Shown here: positions 47,701 through 57,760 of the stretch, one piece after another | How the letters are laid out: each line of letters starts with the position of its first letter | Position numbering within the stretch: the stretch's first letter is position 1 | Origin: an uncultured virus (IMG/VR IMGVR_UViG_3300018049_000008) | Taxonomy: Duplodnaviria; Heunggongvirae; Uroviricota; Caudoviricetes | Direction: 5' to 3' (one strand) | Virus record (IMG/VR): IMGVR_UViG_3300018049_000008 | DNA length: 64,000 nucleotides | The notes under the pieces: generated by a model | The model's database searches: none | What the model was told of the DNA's origin: nothing | Seen by the model: only the letters and a program-made list of their open reading frames with translations | Made by a program: the position numbers and the translations under genes

Positions 47701-50524
47701 CATTTGTAATATCTGTTGCCGCTGTTGTCGTACCATTATATACGGCGCGCAATCTAAAGATACCCGGTATACCTAATGATCTATTTGCTTCTTTTGTAAA
47801 ACCAGCTGCAGTCGTTAATTTGACATATCTTTTTCTTCGTACAGTAAACGCTATTGGTGAAGTATTTTCACTCTTTAAATTATATGTTGCAGTTAGTGCA
47901 TTAGTAATATCTGAACTAAATGTAATACCGAGATCTACAATCAACGAAGAATAAGGTGCCGTAGATGATGCAGTAAATCTATTAATAGGAACATACGCGG
48001 GGAATACGCGCTTTAGTGTGCCAGCTGTAGGATAAGATCCATTTTTAATTACTCTAATTGCATCTTGTCCTACTACTTCAATGATGAGCGAAGTATTTAC
48101 ACCATCTGTAATCCAATCTCCTGCTTGAACATTCGAAGAGAAATTAGGTGTACCTGCTGTTGCAGTTAGAAGAGTATAAGTACCTGAAGTATCAGTAGTA
48201 AACGTCAAACCAGATGCAAAAGTCGAACCTGCAACTAAATCTTGATTAGGTACAAGTATAAGTTCTTTTCTTTCAGCATCTGTAAGATTTCCAATATATG
48301 GAAATATCGTAGAAGCTGCAGCACTGATAGAAATTGTACCAGCAGAACCTACAGTCAAATCATCTGTACTAGTACGATATGTGTATGTAACATTATTAGC
48401 TGCATCACCATCAAGAGTTGTGGCTCGACCAGTATCTACGATTAGACTTTGATTTGTTGATCCATAGATATCTGCTTTTTGTCGATATGATGCTGGTATA
48501 AACTCGCCGTTAGCATCACCAGTTCCTGTGCTCTTTAGTTCACGTAAGGTATATTCACTACCAGATGTCAAAACAACATCTGCAGCACCAAATAATGATC
48601 CAGCAGATGAATATACACTTCGTACATCGCGCTGGAAGTTTTTACCGGATTGCATTGTAATATCAAATAAGTGAAGTCTATATGTTGCCGATGGTGTGCC
48701 CGGTGTTCCATTTTCTAATACAATACTTCTAATTTTAGCAGAACCAACCTGTGTACCCATGCCGGCAGTTCCACTGGCAGGACCATTTGCATCATCTAAC
48801 TTCGATGCAGCAGTACTATATAATTCAATATCATCTGCATTTTTAAAATCAAATACACCAGTTAAATTATTAACAATGATGTAGTTAGCATATTCCATAT
48901 CTCGACCAAGGGCGGTTTCTGATAAAACCTCCAATCCCTTAGGTACTTCTTTAATGAAGTTAGCAATTGTTTTTACTCGATAACCATTAATATATGCATG
49001 ACCGGGATCAATTACATATGTAAAATGTGTATCTGTATTTGCAATATTTTCTGATGATTTAGTGGCCAATCGGAAGGGATCGAGAGTATAGTTACCCGAT
49101 TCTTCATAGGTACGTCGGGCAATCATATCACCTAACTTACCGTATTGTGTCAGTTCATTAATAGCAAAAGGTCGACCATTATTAAATTTAATAATTGGAA
49201 AATATGCAGCATCAGATTCTTCTTCAGCTGATGTTTTAGCAACCAATCTTGGTATTAATTTAAGTCTGTTAGCACCCGGTGCACCTTCGTTTGAAAAACC
49301 TTGTGCATTATCATACAACGTAGAATCTGTAAAAACGTTTACAATCGATTCAGTTGTATCGAAACCAACCGACAAATCTGATGGAGTATTAGAATATTTG
49401 CTGACAATTGCAAATTGAGTATCAACTTTTAGAAAATGACCTTTCTGATAAATTTTACCTTCAGTTACATTAACGCCAAAACCATAACCAATCGGATCAG
49501 TAAACTGTGCAGATGATGCAACTTTAACTCTAGTTACATAATCCTGTGCAGTAAGAGTTAATTGGCCAACCTGAAGTGTAGTTGCAGTTGTAGAATAAAG
49601 AGTTACATATGGTAATATATCATAATCTTTACCACCAGTAGAAATTTCTGCTGATGCAATAGAACCAGTACGAGTTGTAGTAATTTTGCCTGTTGCACCA
49701 GTTCCTCGAATCTTAACAACTTTTACTTCTTGACCGGTTGTTTGACCAATAAGAGTTGTACCTTCTTCCAAATTTTCCCAGAATGTAGCATCTGGCGTTG
49801 GCGCCAAATCAGAATCAACTGGTTTAATACGAAGTAATACAGTATTTTCTTCTTCTAATACTTCTTGTGCAGCGTATGTTTCAACACGAACCGTCGGTGT
49901 GCCACTGTCATCCAATAATACTTCAGATGATCCTAATGATATACCTTCAGATGTACCAGATGTTACGTTTGATACTTCAATTGCAGACAAAATAACTACA
50001 GTATCTGAGTTAGCAAAGCCTGATGACGGGTCGGTAATAATAATATCGTGTAGTCTTTTATCCGCAGAATAAATTTTTAATACTTCGTCTTCTACAAAAC
50101 CATCAATATCGAAATTAGTACCGGAATCAGTATATTCAACATATAGGGTGTTAAGATCAGGATCAGATCCTTCAAAACCTGCAATTGTATGAGTAATTCG
50201 TGCGTTTACTTTGTTTGTTTGCCCCTCAACAAAGTAACCAGTATATCGAGCTACATCAACCGCTGCACCAGATTCTGCATTATCGAGAATCTTAACGTAT
50301 GGCATTGAGTATTTAAATGAGAATTGGCATCCTGATAAAATCGTTCCGGATCTCAATATATGATCACCAAATTCTTCAATCTGGTGTTGCAGCATAGCCT
50401 GCAATTGATTCATCTCACGTACTTGGACTGCCGTTGCTGGCTTAAATAAGATACGATAGTATTCGCTATTTGTATCGTAATCGTCGAAGTAAGGAGAAAC
50501 CGATAAATTTGTAGTAAGGGGCAT
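44765..50524 (-). CDS. Very large virion structural protein (1919 aa), VrlC/DUF4815-like, with a Pro-rich linker and C-terminal Hint domain
   Basis: TNL.VSPYFDDY...YYRILFKP..AVQ.RE.NQLQ, APGA.RLK, ARRTYEESGNY, YTMSDI.KLERR...LEY, RFK.GFFVDNF. Confidence 0.85.
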   Translation of the reverse strand: MPLTTNLSVSPYFDDYDTNSEYYRILFKPATAVQVREMNQLQAMLQHQIEEFGDHILRSGTILSGCQFSFKYSMPYVKILDNAESGAAVDVARYTGYFVEGQTNKVNARITHTIAGFEGSDPDLNTLYVEYTDSGTNFDIDGFVEDEVLKIYSADKRLHDIIITDPSSGFANSDTVVILSAIEVSNVTSGTSEGISLGSSEVLLDDSGTPTVRVETYAAQEVLEEENTVLLRIKPVDSDLAPTPDATFWENLEEGTTLIGQTTGQEVKVVKIRGTGATGKITTTRTGSIASAEISTGGKDYDILPYVTLYSTTATTLQVGQLTLTAQDYVTRVKVASSAQFTDPIGYGFGVNVTEGKIYQKGHFLKVDTQFAIVSKYSNTPSDLSVGFDTTESIVNVFTDSTLYDNAQGFSNEGAPGANRLKLIPRLVAKTSAEEESDAAYFPIIKFNNGRPFAINELTQYGKLGDMIARRTYEESGNYTLDPFRLATKSSENIANTDTHFTYVIDPGHAYINGYRVKTIANFIKEVPKGLEVLSETALGRDMEYANYIIVNNLTGVFDFKNADDIELYSTAASKLDDANGPASGTAGMGTQVGSAKIRSIVLENGTPGTPSATYRLHLFDITMQSGKNFQRDVRSVYSSAGSLFGAADVVLTSGSEYTLRELKSTGTGDANGEFIPASYRQKADIYGSTNQSLIVDTGRATTLDGDAANNVTYTYRTSTDDLTVGSAGTISISAAASTIFPYIGNLTDAERKELILVPNQDLVAGSTFASGLTFTTDTSGTYTLLTATAGTPNFSSNVQAGDWITDGVNTSLIIEVVGQDAIRVIKNGSYPTAGTLKRVFPAYVPINRFTASSTAPYSSLIVDLGITFSSDITNALTATYNLKSENTSPIAFTVRRKRYVKLTTAAGFTKEANRSLGIPGIFRLRAVYNGTTTAATDITNEFFVDMGQTANYWGLGSLRKNDTSSVSLAATILVEVDYLEPAARGGLKTVDSYPIDDEKDLDALTTAGTNIHNLEIPVITVQGITYDLREAFDFRPFVDQTAADATTDATASTDPSGTIAFTGLSGLKFPRPQGDIIYDIRSYKGRTDEIMIDIDGDFHIAQDTNKLDKSDPNAIVLYKVDVAPYPSLPQVLSTDITTILYTNVISERDTSGYRGDRYSIKATRIDDQNEGYTMSDIAKLERRLEALEYNQNISELEDSVKNRKIPSSVDSTLERFKFGFFVDNFENYDLANIQNPEYNASIYEYVLQPARGTSTIDYKLDAQSGPYRTGNKVTFPFSRKRLLSQKFATYGPYIPEPQPPAITDACQFVSNRNTKNIGDSTGSWSKLQNVWEEASFLAPDFTDNSTRNIDLTFYIPRGKVAFEIIQSSTKPTRGLENANIVWSSASQTPVAVTPPDAIALYKKLYPVKNSRNSAISYADNPWFVALSAAGTITLTGSPSGTINYNCFKGAGKISIPYDYTKGKWITVRAIKGGEIFNYEICYPTITVADPIFDTGATERNTRPPSSAKGTFLYTKCIGTTLVTYVSDGNYGTQVGNRAPNSTKCGYVIPVPNPVPVPEPVIPAPPACPPSGTVAKTFCTATIDKTLNTFVFTGKRGTNGKCAIKLSTSDPNNVPVCKYVAPKPPPPVCTSPVRPAPKQDDGCDNPTPTNPDCSIAVAPPVKPAVPPVVVRPPIIRGSPPPVVPPVKAPPKVPPPMPDPLPVPPKVIKQPPRQPAPNPIPDKVPTRRPPYRSPSVPPSIPPIATNPVTPATPDPAPKTTHGGHGCFVANTKILMSDFSYKNIQDIVVGDEVVGQHGEFNDVVELFPIPVELRPMATINDKLTLTAYHPILTSEGWRAVDAVKAAQMHPDMEISQLEIGDTIITLTDAGMTSSEVVINIHKFDDSIEVFNFHVDGDNTYTADNVVVHNKLTRHIRTTRLH
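44804..45232 (-). other. Hint (intein-like) auto-processing domain, 143 aa, C1...HN followed by K
   Basis: Block A CFVANTKILMSD..YKNIQDI.VGD; block B LTAYHPI; block F VFNF.V; block G NTY.A.N.VVHN. Confidence 0.9.
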
Positions 50525-50527
50525 TGA

Positions 50528-52735
50528 TTAAAACTCCAAGATTACTCGAATTTCTTCTGATTGATTCTGTTCTCTGGAAACAGGTATATCATTTTGTATA
50601 TATATGATCGATCCTTCATTTGGATCTAGATCTCCGTATGTGATATCGAAGTTATCACCTGGCACTCGTTCAAAAACTGCACCACTGTTGTCTCCAGTAA
50701 TTTCATTTCCTCCGGATTGAAAATCACCTTCGACTCTTGTTAGATTTATTTGATCGCTTGTCCACGAATGTATAAATCCAGTTGCATCGATGGGAGAAGC
50801 ACCTTGAATTTCAGCAGTATTAAAAGGTACTTGTCTTACTTTTTCATTATATTCTAGTGTATCAGTAGTAGTACCTTGAATTTTTAACATTTGATTGTAA
50901 TCAGCAAAGTTAAATGTTGCAGTACTACTATTAATCCTATTATTTATATCAATACCAGTGACTTCTGCTACGACACGCGATGTTCTACCATATACTAATT
51001 CGCCGACCACAAAATTAGGTTCTACCTTATCACATAAGAACGCAGTAGCACCCGGTGATGCTACAGGTGGATTTGTGTTTGTAATTTTTGCAGTTGCAAC
51101 TGTTTTAGACCTAAAGACTTCAACATTAAAATCAAATCCATCAACAAGAAAAGCGATTTCATCTTTCAATGAAATCGCGGTAGTATTTGAACCCACTGCA
51201 ACTTCTGTCATAAAAACTTGATCAGTATTATCTGCATTCTTTATATAGATCTTATCGCCTGTGTCAAAAAATTCAGCGTAATTATCTTCTAATCCGTCTG
51301 TTCTTTGCACAAATTTTCCATCTTGCAATGTAGTGTTTGCATTAAACGTTCCATTTAATTTTAATGGTATAAATTGTTCGACGTCTTCATCTTCAATAAA
51401 AATACCAGTGGGAGATGTATAATATATTTCAACGTTTGCATACATTGGATCTCTTACGATTCCAAATTGACCAAACGTATTTTCTGTTGCAATCAAACCA
51501 GTTTCGTCTCTATTAAATTTCATGTACATCGCTAGATGTTTAGCACCCAATTCAACTGCAGTATTTGCGCCGTGGCCACCTTGAGGAGAAATAATTGGTC
51601 TAAGTTGTGCAGGTGTAGTTTCAATTAACACACCCGATTGTTCGAGATCTTCATCTGCAGGTGCACCAATTAAGACATCGGCTACTGCGTATGTATATCC
51701 TCTTCCATTTTCTAACATTTCGATTCGATCAATACTATCTGCAGCTGCAGTATTAATCACGGCACGTGCAATGGCTTTTACTGATTCATCACCATTTCCG
51801 GTAATTCTAACTTCTGGTGATAGTTCATATGTAGTAGTATCATCAGGTGCTAGTGTCCATTGCTGTTCGATTTTTACAACAACTCCAACGCCTGTAACAT
51901 ATTTAGATTGTACAACTGATCTATATTCTCCGGAGCCAGTGCCACTCGTAAGATACATCACAGTGTTGGCATAGAAATTTTCTACCTGCGAAGCTTCGCG
52001 AATACGATACCATAGAGTCGGATCAGCAATGCCTGCTCCATCGGCAATCGTGGTTGTAATACGATTAAAATCTTCAGCAATGAATTGACCCGATTTTGAA
52101 TTTCTATAGTTTTTTCCAGTAGATATAACTCTAATTACGTCGATCGATCCCTCACTTGCATTGGCTTCAATAGTAGTATTAGCTGTTACTGGAATATATT
52201 TTTGAGTAGCAAACTTAGAAAAAGTACGCGAATCAATAGAATACATATATTTCCATTGATAACCATCTGTTGTTTCATAATATGCATCGCCTTCTTCATA
52301 TAATTCTGCATCGTACTGTGCATCTTTAAATAATGGCTTGGATGTACTTTGTGCGCCATTGGCATTATAGAGACATTTGTAAACATGCTTATATGCATTC
52401 TCATCAACACATACAAAGAAATTTTTGTCGAGTAGATTAGTTACAGTATCATCATACATTTCATATACTGTACCTGTTTCCCAGTCATAACGAGGAATCA
52501 TAAATTTAATATCATCAAAACTCATTCTTTTACCAATTAACATATTTCGATATGTTTGTATTTGAATTGAATTATAGTTTTGAACAGGCTGATCAACTTC
52601 TTCCTCAGTTGCACCTGCAGCGATATGATCACCGATAAATGCATAATAAACTGTATTTGCAGATTCAGTAACAGACTCGATCAGCTGATCAATTATATGA
52701 GTCTTAAATTCTGATGGTATGAGTGTCTTTGCCAT
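50528..52735 (-). CDS. gp8: Baseplate wedge subunit (T4 gp8 family), extended
   Basis: YY.FIG, IPRYDW..GTVY.MY, VYKCLYN, T.DGY.WKYMY, IISP.GGHG, C-terminal G.IIYI.N..P..R...Q.EEI..ILEF. Confidence 0.9.
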   Translation of the reverse strand: MAKTLIPSEFKTHIIDQLIESVTESANTVYYAFIGDHIAAGATEEEVDQPVQNYNSIQIQTYRNMLIGKRMSFDDIKFMIPRYDWETGTVYEMYDDTVTNLLDKNFFVCVDENAYKHVYKCLYNANGAQSTSKPLFKDAQYDAELYEEGDAYYETTDGYQWKYMYSIDSRTFSKFATQKYIPVTANTTIEANASEGSIDVIRVISTGKNYRNSKSGQFIAEDFNRITTTIADGAGIADPTLWYRIREASQVENFYANTVMYLTSGTGSGEYRSVVQSKYVTGVGVVVKIEQQWTLAPDDTTTYELSPEVRITGNGDESVKAIARAVINTAAADSIDRIEMLENGRGYTYAVADVLIGAPADEDLEQSGVLIETTPAQLRPIISPQGGHGANTAVELGAKHLAMYMKFNRDETGLIATENTFGQFGIVRDPMYANVEIYYTSPTGIFIEDEDVEQFIPLKLNGTFNANTTLQDGKFVQRTDGLEDNYAEFFDTGDKIYIKNADNTDQVFMTEVAVGSNTTAISLKDEIAFLVDGFDFNVEVFRSKTVATAKITNTNPPVASPGATAFLCDKVEPNFVVGELVYGRTSRVVAEVTGIDINNRINSSTATFNFADYNQMLKIQGTTTDTLEYNEKVRQVPFNTAEIQGASPIDATGFIHSWTSDQINLTRVEGDFQSGGNEITGDNSGAVFERVPGDNFDITYGDLDPNEGSIIYIQNDIPVSREQNQSEEIRVILEF

Positions 52736-52761
52736 GACTTATTTTAATCCTAAATTTATAT

Positions 52762-55700
52762 TTATGTCGCCGTATGTGTAAAGAAGGACTGATCATTAAC
52801 AAACATCGGGAATTGCTTAATTGTATATTGAGCCATCGAAGTCGACGTCTGAATATTTAAATTTGATATAGATGTTCCTACATAACCACCAAATGGTTTT
52901 GTGCCGGCAACATGTAACACATCGATCAACGTTTGTTTATATTTATCGAACGGCAAGGCTGTTAATACCTGATAAGAATATTCTTGATAGAAATCATTAT
53001 CAGCTAGATATTTGTCTTCACTTAAAAATGATTTTCGATTTGGATGTACACCCGGAGCTACACCTTGTTTACCAAGGAAACCATAAGCTTGAATAGTTCT
53101 ATCTTCGTCAACAGCCGATTTTAAATTTAAAGTTTCGCCAGGAATCGCAGGTCTATTAGCTTGTTCTGTTAATACGCCTGCAGCATATCTTTTACCAAAG
53201 TAACCAAAACCAGAATCTAATACTTCGATCTCAGTCGCAAAACCACTACCACTAAATGCTCTAGCGTCGACGTCTGCATTTAAACCCGTGCGAGGTTGCA
53301 TTCGCATTTCATCTACAACTTCAATATCAGCTGAGACGTCTGATTGTTCACCAGTAATTGTATCACCAATTCTAAAGTCATCACTTAACCAAACGTGATC
53401 TTCAATATTACCAGTTATGTTACCAGTTGTTTCATCTGCAGCTACAATGGTTGCTGCATATTCGAATGTAAACTCATCTATCTTCGTAGCTACCACATCA
53501 GCAACATTAAAATTGGTTGTATTTGTAATCGAAACTACATCACCATCTTCTATAGTATGTTTAGCAGTAACAGTTACTGTAACAGTACCACTACCACTAT
53601 TACCGGTAATCAAACTAATATTTCTAACATCATCATAATCAGATACTTTAATTCGACGGGCTTTAATTTCACCGGTTGTTGGGTTATGTTCGTATATACG
53701 AGCTTTTGCTTCTGGATTTCCGTTTAGTGTAACAATATTTTCACCGATTCGAAAAGCTTTTACTTGTGGTTCTAACTTATATTTGATATAAAAATCATAT
53801 CGGTCCCAATGATAAAAATCAGGTTCATATACAATAAAGAATGGGTCACGTGAGTATTCTCGACCTTGTGCCGTGGTTACAATCGCCTGTATTGAACCGT
53901 ATTCTTTTTGTAAATTGGTATCAATCGACAAAGCATCTGCAAGTGTAGTATTAGCAAAGTCAACACTGCCTAGTCCATTTTCATTGACATAATCGATTGC
54001 GACTGTCAAATTAGCCGATGCTGAACCACCATGAATAATTTGATTTGCTTCGGTATTAATGACTTCGCCAGATGCCCATTGTGTTAAACCTTGCAATTCA
54101 GATCTTTCATCTATTTGAAATATGGCCGCCTGAGTATATGTAAAGCTATCGTTTTTTGCAGAATGAAAACCAGTGTTCGAACTGTATGTATTTGCAAAAT
54201 CTTTAAATGGAGTCTGATTAACTAAGTCATTACCAAAACTAATAGCACCGGCTTCTACATTTGAAATATCAACAATACTAATTTCAAGCCCATCAGTTTC
54301 GCGATATGATATTCTATTAGTTCGCGGAAAACCTACACTGCGTTTTACATTAGCATATTGTTTTTGACTTCCGTCATCAACAATTGCGTATGTATTTGCT
54401 ACACTATAATAACTATATCTTTGTTCTGCTATATCTTCGTGTTGATATAATACATCACCAGCATTTAAATTTCCGCCAGTATATTCAATTGTAAAAGTAT
54501 CACCCCATGCAATAATATTTGCTTGTGCTTTTACATCTGTGATAGCAGCCGCATTACTATCAATGTTTATTGTCAGATCTGTGTTTGCACCGCCTGTACC
54601 AGCTGAATCTGTCGATGTATAGAATTCTGTGACAGTATTACCGAATAATTCAATATTATTATTCGAATCTAAAATAATATCACCATTCGCATCGATATAA
54701 TCTGCTTCAATATAATTAATTACCATTGTATTAGAAGTAGAGTTTTTTTCTACAATTTTTGCTTCAAATAAAGGTGTTGGATAGGTTGATGGATCATTAT
54801 TCTCATATGCATATATTTTTGTACCAATACTCAATTGGAATGCTGTTTCAGTATTAACAGAATTTGGATCTAAGTCGATAAGAGCCAAGTCTTGTGTAAC
54901 TAATTGAAATTGTCTTTCTAAATCTGTATGATAAAAATAATCTGTGTCTTCAAATGTTATATTATCAAATCTGAATGATCTTTCTGAACCAATAATTTGT
55001 GCTTCGTTAGAATATCCCCAACCACCGTCGATAAGTTTAAATTCTACGATACCTACATAGTCAGTGGTTTGTTTTACGAAGGCTCTTGCTTTCTTTCCTC
55101 GACCATCTACAACATATACCTGTTCACCTACATCAAATCCGCCACTAGAAGTTAAAATCTCAAAGCTTGTAAGTGAGCCATTTATTCGAGCTGTTACATT
55201 ATTATCACCTAAATTTCGAGTGATAACATTTTCTGCTGTTTGAAAATCTCCATTTAAACCAGATAGATATAAAACTTCTATCATTTGCGAGCCTTTTTTT
55301 ACTCGCACTAATCTTTCTACAAAAGCCGTCGCACCGGAGATTGCTCCAAATACTTGCTGTCCTACAAAATTTAAGTTATCTCTATTTGGAATGACTTCAA
55401 GATAGCGTTCATTCTGCCAAGTGTTATCAGATAATTTAAATAGATCATCACCGGGATAATAAACTCGTGCTTCTAATCCATATACGAGTTTGAAGAATAA
55501 ATCAACGGCGCGCTCAGAACCCTTGGCTCGATAAAATTCCAAAGCATTTTTGATGAATAACTGCTTGTTAGTTGCAACGTTAAATTGAATGTTTGCTAGA
55601 TATTTGTTTTTAAATCGTAGAATAAAATCATCGACAGTTTTATCGATGTCTCTAAATTCTGATAATCTTCGTGCACCATACAGAACCTGACCTTCAGTTT

Positions 55701-55818
55701 CCATCCATTCATAATATGCTTTTACAAAAGCAATAAACATTTCGCCTTCTTCCTGATAAAACGCAGGAAATTGATCAGCGACAAGATTGCTTATATTTTT
55801 TGTAAAATCTATAGCCAT
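52762..55818 (-). CDS. Baseplate wedge protein (gp7-like position, 1018 aa)
   Basis: QFP.FY....F..F.KAYYEW.E, FY.AKG....LFF.L.YG, C-terminal D..FYQEYSY...K..LH.AG...FG; lies between gp6 and gp8. Confidence 0.75.
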   Translation of the reverse strand: MAIDFTKNISNLVADQFPAFYQEEGEMFIAFVKAYYEWMETEGQVLYGARRLSEFRDIDKTVDDFILRFKNKYLANIQFNVATNKQLFIKNALEFYRAKGSERAVDLFFKLVYGLEARVYYPGDDLFKLSDNTWQNERYLEVIPNRDNLNFVGQQVFGAISGATAFVERLVRVKKGSQMIEVLYLSGLNGDFQTAENVITRNLGDNNVTARINGSLTSFEILTSSGGFDVGEQVYVVDGRGKKARAFVKQTTDYVGIVEFKLIDGGWGYSNEAQIIGSERSFRFDNITFEDTDYFYHTDLERQFQLVTQDLALIDLDPNSVNTETAFQLSIGTKIYAYENNDPSTYPTPLFEAKIVEKNSTSNTMVINYIEADYIDANGDIILDSNNNIELFGNTVTEFYTSTDSAGTGGANTDLTINIDSNAAAITDVKAQANIIAWGDTFTIEYTGGNLNAGDVLYQHEDIAEQRYSYYSVANTYAIVDDGSQKQYANVKRSVGFPRTNRISYRETDGLEISIVDISNVEAGAISFGNDLVNQTPFKDFANTYSSNTGFHSAKNDSFTYTQAAIFQIDERSELQGLTQWASGEVINTEANQIIHGGSASANLTVAIDYVNENGLGSVDFANTTLADALSIDTNLQKEYGSIQAIVTTAQGREYSRDPFFIVYEPDFYHWDRYDFYIKYKLEPQVKAFRIGENIVTLNGNPEAKARIYEHNPTTGEIKARRIKVSDYDDVRNISLITGNSGSGTVTVTVTAKHTIEDGDVVSITNTTNFNVADVVATKIDEFTFEYAATIVAADETTGNITGNIEDHVWLSDDFRIGDTITGEQSDVSADIEVVDEMRMQPRTGLNADVDARAFSGSGFATEIEVLDSGFGYFGKRYAAGVLTEQANRPAIPGETLNLKSAVDEDRTIQAYGFLGKQGVAPGVHPNRKSFLSEDKYLADNDFYQEYSYQVLTALPFDKYKQTLIDVLHVAGTKPFGGYVGTSISNLNIQTSTSMAQYTIKQFPMFVNDQSFFTHTAT

Positions 55819-57617
55819 TAGATTCGAACCTGTTGCACGTTAACTACAATATCTTCGTCGAGAACACGAAGAATAGATCTCTTCTGTGCTTCGATATCGC
55901 TATCTTTTGGTATAACTGAAATCTTTAAATTACCACCATATACTTGTGATGAAGCAAAGTTTTCAATAATAATTAAACCTTGAGTATAATCTACAGAACC
56001 AATTTTAGCGACTTGTTCATGTTCAATAATATCATCATTATCTGTTACGTTTCTTACAACCCACAAATTGCCTTCACCATCATCTTCTATGAAAGACTCA
56101 TCGCCTTGGAATTGGAATGCTGAACTATAAACAGCTGACAATTGTTTTGAAGCATGCCTACCTCGTTTCTGTCCACGATTATCTTCAATTTGCATAGAAA
56201 AATCTAACGTATAGTTTTGTCTATTCTCATCATATGGAATAAACTTAGTAGCAACAACTGTTGTATCATTACTAATAATGGCAGGTTGTACATCATCGAT
56301 AGCAGCAGTTAATTTACTAAAACGTAATGTTTTACCAAAGCCATTTAAAAATTCATCATTATACTGTTGTACAGCAGAAATAGTAAGACTGCGAATATCG
56401 TCAACATTCAAAGATGTTTGACCAATATCATATTTAACGTTTGTTTTTACACTCACATATGTGTATTCAGGTTTTACAAATATTGGATCGATAGATAGAG
56501 GACTTCTAGGTTTAATGAAATCATAATACTTATCTTTAAAAGTTTGTGGTAATTCATCTGTATTATTTAAATCTACTGCTACAATAACTTTACCAAACTG
56601 TGGTGGTGTAAATTCTTCTCCACCATAGGCGAGTACATCATTTATTTCTGAAAAATTTGCTTTTAATAATGTTGAATAATCACCCGCCGTTACTACACGT
56701 TCTTGAGTTGTAAAGGCGCGCGGCGCATTAAATTTAATTGATGACAGTGATTCCGGAATTGAACCACCTGATGCCTTTGATAATGTTTCGATTTTAGTAA
56801 CTGTAGCCGTTCCAATATCGTCATCTGCTACAAATGTTGCAATACCATTTGGCAATTCACCATTAGATGTTCGATATTCAATTAAAACAATTGAATTGTT
56901 TTTAGGCGGCCGGCCAATTACACCATCCCCAAATAAAATTTCATAAGTATCGTTTTCCATAGCTTGTAAGAAAAATACCGTATCTGTCGAATCAATACCA
57001 AAAAGACTATCTCTAATAGTATAATTAATTACAACAGCACCATTATCTTCAATTACAGTTACGCGAATACTATTAGTATCAACGGTTTTATTTTTAATTA
57101 CATATCTGACTGGACTTAAGTCATTCGAAACATATGAATCACTTACATAATCTCCTTCATGAATAATTACATTAGAAGCGACGAATTCATTATTTACATT
57201 AGTACTAATAGCTTGTACATTTTCTGCTAAAGTAAAAGTAAAATTTCGATTACCTGATGTGCCGGTAAATGTAGTACCTCGAGGTAAAAGAATAGTAGCA
57301 TCATCAGATGAATCGACTAATGTAATATTAACTTCGGCAACGGCAGATCGAAATGATCGAGGGATATAATTCAATTCTTTTACATGCGAAATAATAGAGT
57401 CTTTCAATAATGCTGTATCGAGAAACATTTCGTTACTAATCATATTTAAATAGAAAGCGTTTAAATACGTATTATATGATAACACATCGAGCAGCACATT
57501 AAGATTAGATCCATCGAAATCATAATCTTGAAAAATATCTTGAGACTTCATATAAGTCTTCAAGTTTTCCTTGATCGAATCGAAATCTAATGATGTTAGA
57601 TCGTTACTAGTGGCCAT
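55818..57617 (-). CDS. gp6: Baseplate wedge subunit (T4 gp6 family)
   Basis: LDFD.IK.NLK.Y...F.DYDF.GS...LLDVLSYNTY, Y.PRS, FGDG..G, IKFNAPR.F..QER.VT..DY. Confidence 0.95.
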   Translation of the reverse strand: MATSNDLTSLDFDSIKENLKTYMKSQDIFQDYDFDGSNLNVLLDVLSYNTYLNAFYLNMISNEMFLDTALLKDSIISHVKELNYIPRSFRSAVAEVNITLVDSSDDATILLPRGTTFTGTSGNRNFTFTLAENVQAISTNVNNEFVASNVIIHEGDYVSDSYVSNDLSPVRYVIKNKTVDTNSIRVTVIEDNGAVVINYTIRDSLFGIDSTDTVFFLQAMENDTYEILFGDGVIGRPPKNNSIVLIEYRTSNGELPNGIATFVADDDIGTATVTKIETLSKASGGSIPESLSSIKFNAPRAFTTQERVVTAGDYSTLLKANFSEINDVLAYGGEEFTPPQFGKVIVAVDLNNTDELPQTFKDKYYDFIKPRSPLSIDPIFVKPEYTYVSVKTNVKYDIGQTSLNVDDIRSLTISAVQQYNDEFLNGFGKTLRFSKLTAAIDDVQPAIISNDTTVVATKFIPYDENRQNYTLDFSMQIEDNRGQKRGRHASKQLSAVYSSAFQFQGDESFIEDDGEGNLWVVRNVTDNDDIIEHEQVAKIGSVDYTQGLIIIENFASSQVYGGNLKISVIPKDSDIEAQKRSILRVLDEDIVVNVQQVRI

Positions 57618-57760
57618 TAGCCTTGTCCTCTATATTTTTTATAAGACGCTTTCTTCTTTTTATTCATGGACGACATTTTGATTTTACCTCTACCAATAGA
57701 AGTGCTTTTTGGTGTTCTTTCATGTACGGCTACACCGAAGCCCGCTTTTGTTTTTGCCAT
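57617..57760 (-). CDS. Unannotated 47-aa basic protein MAKTKAGFGVAVHERTPKSTSIGRGKIKMSSMNKKKKASYKKYRGQG
   Basis: Fills the gp25-gp6 gap exactly with TAATG overlaps at both ends; I recognise the K(K/R)YRGQG ending from environmental T4-like phages. Confidence 0.85.
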   Translation of the reverse strand: MAKTKAGFGVAVHERTPKSTSIGRGKIKMSSMNKKKKASYKKYRGQG

